Below, piece by piece: positions 11,801 to 23,800 of a DNA stretch of 64,000 nucleotides; positions within the stretch are counted from its first letter, which is position 1, and every line of letters starts with the position of its first letter. This stretch comes from Laetmonice hystrix. Its lineage: Eukaryota. The stretch lies in contig OZ249452.1 in the NCBI GenBank assembly GCA_965235115.1, positions 13,144,001 through 13,208,000 of the forward strand. Reading direction: 5' to 3'. The notes beneath the pieces were generated by a model. It did not search any database, had not been told where the DNA came from, and saw only the letters and a list, made by a program, of their open reading frames with translations. Made by a program: the position numbers and the translations under genes.

Positions 11801-14800
11801 AGTACATTGTATATTAAGATTCACGTTAGAGTATGCCTTATTCATGGCTCACTCCTGACCCGTTCTCAAACCCGGAGGGGAGAAGGATTTTTGTGTTAAC
11901 CGAACCATTTCAGTTAACAAAGTTTTCTCCCGTTACCAAGGAGCGGATTTGATCTTAAGTTCTAGAGGTTCTCCGCGAGCCCAGTAGGGGGTAGGTTTGG
12001 TCGGAGACTGAAGTAGGATGTACGCGATGACACCTCAATACCTGGGAATAGGAGCTCTGGGGATGTCATCCCCCTGACGCCTCCTATATATTCTTATGGT
12101 TTTCAATTTGCAAAACTACAGCAGGAAGGTTTGGCTTTCTACCGGCAGGTGGCGACACACCGTTCTGTGACAGGGCTGCTATTGATAGTTACCATTTTCT
12201 CCAGTGCCGCTATGTATTCGCGTGCTGCCACCTAGCGGCGGCGAAAGTAACATTTAAATATCGGAGGTTTATGATTACAACTTGATTGGGAACATTATGC
12301 TGTTTAATATACTAGTATATCTGTGGCCTATCACGAATCCAGTAACCCAACTTATCTATCATTTTCCAAGTTTAAGGCCTAACTGTCAAACTAGATTCTA
12401 CAAAGTCATTGGGCCCCTATCCTTATGGGTCAAGAGGGCTATGACATTTGATGTGACTCATGAAATGCCGTGACATTTCGTACCATCCAGCAGACTAAAG
12501 TGTGCCTTGCTTCTTGCTCTGTCATTACGTTGACAACGTCATCTGAATGATGACGTGTTTGTGACGTCAGTAACGTTACGTTATAAACGACGTAATTACC
12601 TCTGCAGGGGTCGTTTTGCTCGAGGAACTCGGCCAGTGTCGTCCATCCACCGCCCACTCGCACCATGACCGTGTTGTTCAGGAAACGGACCAAGCACAAC
12701 TTCTGTTTGTCGCCAAACTGTTCAAATAATAACAACAAATTTCAAATCTCCACTTCATGGATACAGACGATAATGGCAGGAGCAATTATCTAACACCGTG
12801 CATGCGGTGCTATAGGACGACCAACCATTCGGTCACAATACTAGCGCAGGAGTCAGACCTGGCAGAGTGCAAAGGTCTACACGGACCAGCCTAATTTTGA
12901 TTCAATATCGAACCATTAAGCCCCTGACCAAATGATTGCTCGAGTTAACATTGCGTATAACACTATTCTTACATAATAAGACATTCAACATAAACAAAGT
13001 ATAATAATACGAATAAATCTTAGAGAGAGAGGGAGAGAGAAGAGATCCAGGGAGAAGTCCCGTGGATGGAGAGATGGGACTTTGAGGCGAGTCTAAGGTT
13101 CATTATCTCCATCCGTGGTAGGAACATATTTGCACCGATTCCATCCGAAACAGATTCAACAAGTATAAAGTAGTAAAAAAACCGATGAACCGCACAGAGG
13201 TATCTTACAAAAGTTCAATAGTTCTTGTCAAAAGCAGCCAAATGCCATTGCCATTCTCACAAACGGCTTCATTGGTTCACAACCGCGAAGTTCGTGGACC
13301 TCACTATCAAAGGTCCTGATCTACTGGAACGATTTCCCTTACGATTTATCTCAAACTCGTGAGGAAATCGCAAGGAAAGTCGCGGCAGTGGACAAACTCC
13401 CAGAGTGTCCCAATAATTCGCGGCTGGACATGCATCGGCAAGCAGAGTGTGGCAATGTCGCATGCAACTTTTGTGCGCACTACAACATTCACAAACTACG
13501 GTGACGTCAATGACCCCACAAAGGGCCTACAGCTACACAGCAACATAACATTACAACTGCTGTTCAAACACAACAACAGACAACAGATTTTTTTACATGG
13601 TGTGAGATATTAATTACAATCAATTATTAGAACAAACCACAGGATGTTTTTTCTTTTCGTCAGGGAACAAAAATATCACTCCAAGTCTAACATGTCAAAA
13701 ATATTCTACTTAGGATAAATTCTTGGAATATATGTACTGTCCGCTCTTCACGGAGCAAGATTTCTACCAGATCATCACACATACATCAAGACAAAAACAA
13801 ATCAAACGTTAAGTTGTCAACAACTTGAGACTTCTAGGCAATGTACAGGAGGCAAAGGGTTGCAAGAGGTACGCTTAGAGCTAGCTGGCCTGCACAGCAG
13901 TCGACTGATTAATTATACCTAAAGTGTTAAACACTCCACAGGGGCTGTTATCAGTGTAGTATTGTTATAGTAATTTGTAATCACAATGCATAAAACATAT
14001 TCCTATCTCCTTACCGAAACAGTATATTGATATATGTTCTAAAGAAGATGAAAACAAAGAAAGGTATAATACCAGAATCATTACTAATCTATGATTTATG
14101 TATATTGTCAATATCTACATGCGTATTACAAGAATGAAATGCGTATTATATGTCATACGATATTATTCAGTTAATGTGCTAGTATATGCATATTGGTTTA
14201 ATGTATGTATTCATGTATTTGTATGTGATAGTATCGTCGTACATGCATTATATTATGTAAGAATGAATACAGACGCATACATAATATATTTGCATGTATT
14301 ATCTGTGTGAAGTGTACCATGTATGTATATGTTCAATCTTTTATAATGTGTCAATTATAAAAGCCTTAATAGTAATATATGCACAAAATCTCCCACAGAA
14401 TGATACATAGCCACTTCATTAGAATAGAGAAGTTCGCAGGTTGAGGTACCAGTACCTTTTCAGGTACCTACAGCAGTGACTTCCCTGAACCACTACCTCA
14501 GTCTACGCTAAAAGGCCAGAATCTTTTCATCTATAAAATAGTAGCCTTGTGTGACTTTTTCTAACATTGAACAACTCCTTCCAGCTCACCTTGTATTTTC
14601 CCTCGCCCACTCGGTTTGACTTGAACTGGTGCCGACATTGACAGTGTGAGACCTGTTGTTCTATTTCATCATGAATCAGCTCAGCGTCCGTCGCCGGTTT
14701 CTTCCCTCGGCTCCTCATTCCTCTCTGAAATCACAACAGGTCAATGTATTACTGATGGGACGAAGATAAGGAAACCCGTACACAGGTAGGCAGTGCCATT

Positions 14801-17800
14801 CTCTTTTCCGAAAAATACTAAGGGTCATCATTTACCTGTCGCTCTGCTTTGATTGTATTCAGAGAGGGTGAAAGAGTGCAAGACAGATTCTATATTTTTA
14901 ACGCCATCAAAATACACATATTTACCAAATTTAAGAGGGGGAGCCCCCTGATCGGTTTGTGAGCTCGAGTTAGTGGACTCACCTGTCGTTCTGGTCGGAG
15001 GGCATCCACAAACTCTCGGTAATCTAACTCTCCACTCCTATTGCGGTCAAAGATGTCGAACACAGCATTCAGCTCGGTACGGTTGGACGGGAACTCTGCA
15101 GAAACACAGAAAAATGAATCAGAATTTACTGAATGTTTGACTAACTACACTCTCATGACAAATTCATTTTTCTTAACATTTTCAGAATGAGTTCAGCCGT
15201 TCTCATGCATTTTATATTAAGGATGGACTGGGGGAAACTCAGGACTCCAGCTCCAATGTGGGAAAGAGGCCCAAAAGTGTCAAATCCTAAAACTGTCAGG
15301 ACTTATTTTTGACCTACTGGATGCAAGCATGCCGTCGACAAACTCCTGCCGACTCAGCGTCCCATCGCCATCTTTGTCTTGACGTCGGAAGAAGTCCGTG
15401 ATCCTCAGTTTCTTGGCCCGGATCCACGAGATATACCGCTGTCTCCATAGCTCAAAGTCAAAGTTCTTAAAGCTTTCCAACTGTAGACAAAAAAATAACA
15501 CCAGGGTTTCGTTAATATCATGTGGCAGGGTATGGAAGGGTGGCGGATCAAATCTCTGGACTAGAAATATGAGAAAAATAAGACCACTTTGAAGTAAATC
15601 TTATTCACTTTACGACAGAACAAAGTTGGAAAGAAAACAGAGTGCATTTAACAGATTAAAAGTAGAAAATAAAGGCCAAAATACAGAGATTTCCTAGTAA
15701 CTATATTATACATTGAACTCAATGCAGCACTCCCTCTAGGCTAGCATCTGGCCAGTCTATATGAACGTTACGTCACATAGGCCTATTTCTTTTATAATAA
15801 ATGACTGACAGTGAATGAAGAGTTTAAGTAACCTACCTCTAACAAATTGTCTAGACAATCCTGAAGTGTTTTCTTTCTATCCACAGAGACTCTCCACACG
15901 TTTCTCCACCGGTTTTGTAACGTTGTAACCCGGGGACTAGGACTATCTGCATCCTTCAAACTCCACGCGCTTCCGTATTGAGACCCCAGGGGGCGCTTCC
16001 CACCTTCCCGAGTCGTCGGGATTTTAGTCAGTTTCTCAACGTCTCGATTCTTCTGGGAGAGATCCTCGTGGAATTCCTAAAATAGATCATGGTTACATAA
16101 TGATAAAACCGTTGCGACGTTGCAAAACGGACACAGTTTACGACATTTATCAATTGGAGATATCAGCCAATCAGGAAAGGCCTAACATAAGGCGACTAAC
16201 CAGATGCTCCTTGACGAGGGCCTCGACGACTGTAAGGTCCTCAGGGATTGGATCTTTCTCCTTGGTGGTTAGGAGGGCTTGTGCCTCCGTCAGCCATGCC
16301 AGCAGTTCCTCCAGTAAGGCGGCGTTCCCACGGATGTTCCGGAGAGAGTCCTGGAGACGTTGATACCGCTGGTTTGACCGGTTGACAGCCTGGACGAGAA
16401 AAATTCCACAGTTTAGATCTGTCTAGATTAGGTCTTTAGAGGTGATGCAGTGACGTCATTTGGAGGGAAACAGCATGGTAATGTTTATATGTGCATGGGC
16501 ATTGGCGGAGTCGGGTCACGGTTCATTGGCTTCTATTGTCCAGGGCCTATTTGTAAATGTACCTAGGTTTATTTTCCCTCCAAAATGTTTCACCTGCATA
16601 AAATCTATAGCAGTACAGTGTAGTTGTTCAAGGGGATTCCATGTTGACGACTTTCCCGCTAGGTGGCGCCATAGTGTAAGTACGGCATTCATAATGGTAA
16701 AGCATAGGCGAAAGAATCTAGAATTATCTCAACAAATTTAAATCTAAACAATATTGAGAAAGCTAGTATACCTGTTCCCATCGGGTCTGTGTAATGGTGA
16801 GGTAGTATTTGACAAATCGGATGGCGTTAGGATGACAGGCTGACAGGATCTCCTCCGCTAGGTACCGGATCCTCTCAACGTTTGGCTGGTACCCTTGAAG
16901 TTCCTCTTGGAACTTCTACTCAGGCAGAAAAATCACCAAACAAAATCAATCAATGGCGTTTTGTGAGATCTGGTATTATTGCCATATAAGAATGCAATAT
17001 AAAATATAAAGTAAGAAACGCTGAAAGCCAGGACTTACCTCGTGGGATTCTATAAGGTTTACAATAGCTTCCTCAGATTCAGGAAGCGCCCGGAACTTGA
17101 GTTCCTGTTCCGCTTGTGGAAGCCACTCCCGCACCACCTGGACGGCGTCGTTGAAGTCGTCAGCCTGAGAGAGAATATGTCCATGTCATGTTCACATCTA
17201 CATTGAAATTAACCAATAAATGAAGGGCATCATTTTAATACTCGTCATTTGATTACTCTTTTGAAGAATTGTGCCTAAAATAGCACAACGGTTTGGTACA
17301 AATGTGGCGGGAAAGCGGACACGAAGCAGACGACGTCAAAACGCATGGCGGAGCAGACGACGTCAAAACGCACCGGTTAGCAGACGACGTTAACACGCAC
17401 CGGTTAGCAGACGACGTCAAAATGCACCGGTTAGCAGACGACGTCAAAACGCACCGGTTAGCAGACGACGTCAAAACGCATCGGTAAGCACTCGACGTCA
17501 AAATGCACCGGTTAGCAGACGACGTCAAAACACACCGGTTAGCAGACGACGTCATCTTTTGAAACGCACGGTTGCGGAACGTACCAGTTTGAGTGCCTCG
17601 TGCAGTCTGGCTTCGCGGACGTCGCTCAGTCGATTGACGCGGTCCCACACGTTAGACAGTTCGTCGATCTGAATGCCAAGGCTTCGGTCTACACCAGGCG
17701 CTGACTTCATGGCAGTCACCATGCCCTGGCGACTCTCCAACTCCTGCTGGAACGCCTGAAAATACACGGCAAGCAGACGATAATTATCTTAAGTGTTTTT

Positions 17801-20800
17801 ACATTCATTAACTGTCGGGACAGCACTTGGCGAAAGAAACAGATAGGTATAACTGAAACCATCTAATGAGGGAAAGCTTTTCAATCAAAACATTTCTCTG
17901 ATTCAGGAGAACTAGCAGTGATTTAGGAATGTATTACAAGGGTGGTATAGCGTGCAATCGTCATTTTTCATGTCGACGGCTGGGTGTTTGCCCCTCTGTA
18001 GGTTCTTGCACTTGTTTGGAACAACGCCAGAATGCACTGCAAACAACATCTCACTGCTTGAAGATACCAATTATAGAAACGGAATTCAATTATAATAATA
18101 GGGGAGAGAAGACATTGAGAGAGACATTTATTTGATCGCCGTAAGGTGACAGTAATGAGAGTGAAAGTGTTCATTTTCGGCAGAGGCCACAGACCAAGGT
18201 TCCAGTTGGCTATGTTATTCTACGCTTCATAATGGAAGCAGCAAATCGGATCCCTGCTTTAAAAGACAATATTTATTTTAATCTTTTTAATTACCTAGCG
18301 TGGAAAGTATCTTGAAAATACTACCCTAACTGAAGAATTCCACAAACCGCATACCAAATGGAATTGCCATGCAGTGTCACACCAGGACGGCTGAAGAACG
18401 GATACTCCAGAATGTACCTCGCCATACAATGAACAATCCCAGGAGGCGGGACAAGGTGGCTAATGAAGGCAGTAATGGGTCTGTGGTCATGAATAATTAA
18501 TTACCATGTCCTCTTGCTGAGTGTATGTCAGACTCAGGGCAAATCGTTCAAGCGAATCATGAAAAAAGTTGAAGGTTTTCAGGGTTTGGGAGAAGCGGTT
18601 ATGTACTGACAACATCTTTAGGGATAACGGTAACCTCAGCATGGCCTGAGTGACCCCAGCATGGCCTGAGTGACCTCAACATGGCCTGAGCCCCGGGCTG
18701 TTGCCATATTTAAACGCTATCCTGAGGTTGAATCCGTCACCTTTTTACTCTGGTCGAGCTCGGGTAAGCTTCTGTGAAATAAAGGCAAACCATCCAAACA
18801 CTGGTTCTTTATACTACAAAATGAAAAAAAAATCAAAAAGGAAGAAGAAAAAGGCTATTCTTTGTTTTCAATTGCATCGATCAGGTCGATTAACTTTCGA
18901 GGGTCCGTCACGGTCTAGTGACCCTGCGTGACATGATCTTGGCATGACACATGGGTCAGTCATGGGAACAACACGGGGCAGATATATGAACAACGTAAAT
19001 CGTGAACACAGACTTTAGGATTCCACCAATACTGTGTGTGACCTGGGGGCACTCAATGTATGGCTGTATCATGTATCTATTACATGTATAGGTCTACTGT
19101 ATGAGTCAGTCATGGGAACAACACCGGGCAGATATATGTACAACGTAAATCGTGAACACAGACTTTAGGATCCCACCAATACTGTGTGTGACCTGGGGGC
19201 ACTCAATGTATGGCTGTATCATGTATCTATTACATGTATAGGTCTATTGTATGAGTCAGTCATGGTTGGCAGGTACATCAGTTATGAATGAAACATGTTT
19301 ATAAATACCGAACCACACATGGAGTAGCAGCCCGTATGTTTACAGACACAGTACGAGGGTGAGTTTTTACGGTCAGTTCACTCTGCCACAGACTTGGTGA
19401 ACCCAGGTTTCAGTCACTGACAGCTCAGGGTTAAAACGTCTACACAGCCGCGGTTTTAGATCATCTCAGCGGGACAAATTCCCGTGACCTCATTCTCAGT
19501 ATAGGATCCACCACTTCCCGCTAACAATACATACCTGACACTTCACATTGAGGTCATGTTGATTTAGTTAAGAAACACTTCACACGTGAAGTGTGGTCTT
19601 GGAACAGTGGACCCTTAACGAGATCCAATCAAGAAGATAAATGTATTGCCCTTGGTTCTGTTGATAAACTCTAAGTCCTTGCTTAAGATTGAGCCAGAAA
19701 TCAGACACTTTAAGTAGGAACTTAAGCAGGAACTTAAGCGTTGAGAAACCGGGTGCTGCTTACCTTGTGTTGCTCTGTCAGTATGTTGACAGTGTCCAAG
19801 TCTCCGAGGATGGGTTGGTCCTCGGACAGGTAGGCCTCTGCCTTTGTTAACCATTCCATCAGCGACTGGATGGCATCTGAGAACCGCCCAGAGGACAGCA
19901 GAGCCTCGTCTAGTTTGTTTTGTCTGTAAAGAGGAGGGTAGTTGTTTGAGTAGACCACACAGAAAAACTCATCATCGTCCGAGTCGGTCATGATGTCGGG
20001 GGTCGATCGTACTGTCCGCGCCGACAGGTGTTCAAGGGAGACCGTCAGACGGTCGTGTGTGAGAGATCGGTCTCAGTGACACAAACCGCAGGCGGGGCGC
20101 GTTACGGAGCACTGCCGGCTCGTCGGTACAGGTGTCCTACTTATAATAGTCACCACGGGGGGGGGGGGGGGCGAGGTCTTCAAGCAAATGTTTACTTTTA
20201 CTATCACAATAGAAATCGGATTTCTCCTTTCTTATTATTCCTCAAAGGAGAAGTTATAATATTCAAGAAATATTCATACTAAGTATGATGTTATTACAAG
20301 TCGTTTCATATATTCGGTGCATGGGAAGCTACAGTGGCTCGGCCTATGACTTCCTATCTTTACATAATTATTCCAAAAAAAGATTCTATCCAAACCCAAC
20401 TTTTTAAAAATTTCACCTGTGCGACAAACTCTACATTCGAGGCAATCCCATCTTAAAGTCCCACTTTCATTCGATCCCTGAATGACCTCTAAACTGTGAC
20501 CTGTTTTAGAGACAGCCCACCTGACCTCGACGCACGGAAAACAATACAGCCGCTACACTGGACATTGTCATTCTGAACGGGGGGCGCCGCCTAGCGATAC
20601 GGAAGCACACTAAGGCGGTGGGGTCCGTTGTAAACAGGTCAACCGTACCACCATGTGGTACGCTTGATCCGACCGGGTTCTCATGGTGGGGTCAATGGAA
20701 CGCCGTGACGTCACAGGTGGGGCGTCTCGGTTACGTGACTGAGATATTGACGGGCGGGTTCCAGCAATCCGAATGACATGAAACAATGCCTTTTTAAGAA

Positions 20801-23800
20801 AAGAGTTTGAGTGAAACCTTACAAAATAAGGGTGTAAACAATTCAACCACCTCCAGTCCCCATTTCATTGTCAATGTTTAATGACATTGACTTACCATTT
20901 CATTGTCAATGTTCAATGACATTGACTTACCATTTCATTGTCAATGTTTAATTACCATTTCATTGTCAGTAATCGGAGGCTGGACACCGTGACGTCATTG
21001 TAAATCCTGAACCTTAACGAGAATCACACAACTTACCGTTGTGACACAATGGACCGGATGATAGTCCACTTGTTCTTGAGGTCCTCTAACATATTCTGTA
21101 GGATCTCCCTCTCAGGGTCGGCCTTCGTACACCTGTCCTTCAGACTGCGCCCCAGCCTCATGGTCGAGTAATACTGCGGATGCTTGGCACTAAGGTGGTG
21201 CTGGAACACCTGGCGGACACCCAGAGAACTACGTTGTTATGGTAACCAAGTTGATGACGTCACGGCAGCGCCATATTATTGAACTGTAGTGCACTGTGCG
21301 AACGCATCACGTAGCAAAGTGTTCATATCAGTAAAAGGTGTTGCGACTTTGGTTTTTGAACAAAATACAGGAGTGGGGAGAAGAGACTATGTCTACTATT
21401 TGCAATAAATTGCATATAAAACAGTGTAGGTGCTGGCGTGACCTTGTAGGACATAAGCGCAACATTTGTCCTTGAAACTTGTTTGTCCAATGCTGACACC
21501 CTCCCTCATCCTGTATTAGTGATCTGGCCGGTTCTCAATCTAACAACGCATATCAATGAAACCATTTACAACGATTGTCTAATACATAAAGTCTTTAAAC
21601 TACGTGGGAAATATACAGTCGTTTTTTCTATAGAGTCGACGGGGAAACTCCCTGTGTCTTCCCAATAATCATCTATGTATACCGTCTCAATTTACAAAGC
21701 ATAGTACATGATATTATATACATTATATTTAGGCCTACTGCTACTCTACTCCTATTTCCCCCAACGCCTTTGGCCACGGACAACAAATATGAAGTATTAC
21801 TACATGTATAAAGACTTAAAGGCACTATTTTAGATGGACTCCACGATAAGTCAAGGAGTACAGATATCACTATAGTAAGATTGGTAGAGAAATAGGAAGA
21901 GTATAATGTAGAGTCAGATGGAGATGCTATAAAACAGAGGACAAAATGACGGAAATAAACCTTAACAAACTCCGCAAAACATGAAAATCATTAACTTTCG
22001 CCATACAAACCTTGACCGGATCTAAGCCGGACTAGAACGAAAACGAATTGTTAGAAGAAGGTTAGTTGAAGGGGAAACCAATTAATCAATTCAAGCCAAG
22101 CGTTAATTGTGGGGAAAACTGAGCAGAAAGCATCATGTATCATCGACTACACACCCCTGGTAACACATCCACGATATGTGGTCTCATAGAGTCGAGGTAA
22201 TACACCCATTCCATCTCTCTCTCCTCCCCTACAAACCGGATCTCTGAATTATTTGTTAGCTACCTCTTTAACACCTTTTTTTAGTACAGATCCTTTCAGA
22301 CAAAACCTAGTTCATACCTTATAAATACATCCGCACACCAGAACTAATAGTTAATCAGCAAAGACTTGGTGTTAAACTGTCTACATCCGGAAATCTTGAT
22401 TAATCTAAACGTTTGTGTTGGGAGGACAAGTTGAAACTGACCTTGAGTTCGTCGATGTCCTGTTTGACCTTGGCTGGCGCTGCCGTTGTGTAACGTTTTA
22501 ATCTGGTCTCGCTATCTTCCAACCAATCACAGAGCCCCTTCCATGCGTCATAGAACTGAAACAGAAAGAGAAAGTATTAATGGTACAAGAGATTGTTGTA
22601 TTTGTAGCCTTAATCCAAACAGTATGCCCGAGAGACGACATGTCTATTAGGGAAGCTATACACATTTTTTCCGTCATGTTGGGCCAATGCCAGGTGTCGC
22701 GTTCATCAACAAGCCATCATTATTCCTGGCCCTAAACCTAATCCGGTCTTCACACATAGGCGCCGGATGCGGGGGGGGGGTCAACCCCCATGATCTGAAT
22801 AAGGCTTCGCCCCCCACCAAAAAAGAGTGATATCGATTGAAAAAATGCATGTTTTCCCACATACTTGCCCTCCAATAATAATTTGCTTCCGGCGCCGTTG
22901 TCAGGTCTCCACAATAACTCATCCCTTCCCCTACCCCTCACCCCTAATTACGTGAGAATGTGACAATGGGAGATTTATCCCTTACCCTCTTGTCCTCCTT
23001 GTGAGCCTGTTGTAGTAACCGTCCCTTCTCGTCTGCCCGCCGGACCAGTTTCTTCCAGCGTAGTTTGATTGAGATGAGTAGATTCTTGATGTAAACTGTG
23101 TCCTGTTTACGACCGAAGTACTTCAGATACGTCCCTGTGCGGTCCAGGTTCTGCATGATTTCACGGTGGGCCTCGATGTCTTGTTTGAACTCCTTGGGGA
23201 CATCATTAAATAAAACAACCGCCATTATAAAACAGTCAATCTTCAGTAACTTATATGCTTCAATTGGTACCTTTTAAGAAATTATGTTCAACGAAAAGAC
23301 ATGAGTAAATCTGGCCAAATTAGAAAATGTTTTGTTAAATCTCAACTACCTAAGTACTCGTTTACACCTTGTTTTTAGAAACACAATGGTTCGAAAAGAG
23401 TACAGCAGTATCACCACTGTTTTGGTATTTCTGAATTCTATTTCAAGTTTCTTATTCTTACATTACTCCACCAAGTCAAACCATAGAAATACTTACCTTG
23501 TGGTCGCTGATTTGTTGTAGGATGCGCTCCACTAACTTACTGGGGTGTTTGAAGGTACCCAGAATTTTCTCAGCGTTACTCAACCAGTCAGTGTGGATCT
23601 TTAACATGGCGTGGAAGTCCTTCACATTCTCTAGGTGTTCTTCAATCTTCCTCTGTGTCAAACATCATTACAAAATGTTGGTATTTCAGGTTCCAACACT
23701 GGCATTTAGAACTCAAATATGGATATTTGAACCCAAATATTGGTAAGCCTACTTAGGGCTTCCTTCCCCGTCATTTGGACCAAGTGTATTAATACCTCAG

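Noticed and set aside
18740-18830. Very strong pyrimidine-tract acceptor leading to [22 protein letters not shown]-stop
   Set aside because: The tract derives from a simple A-rich run and there is no good in-frame donor; it could only be a poison or terminal exon, and I have no support for that.
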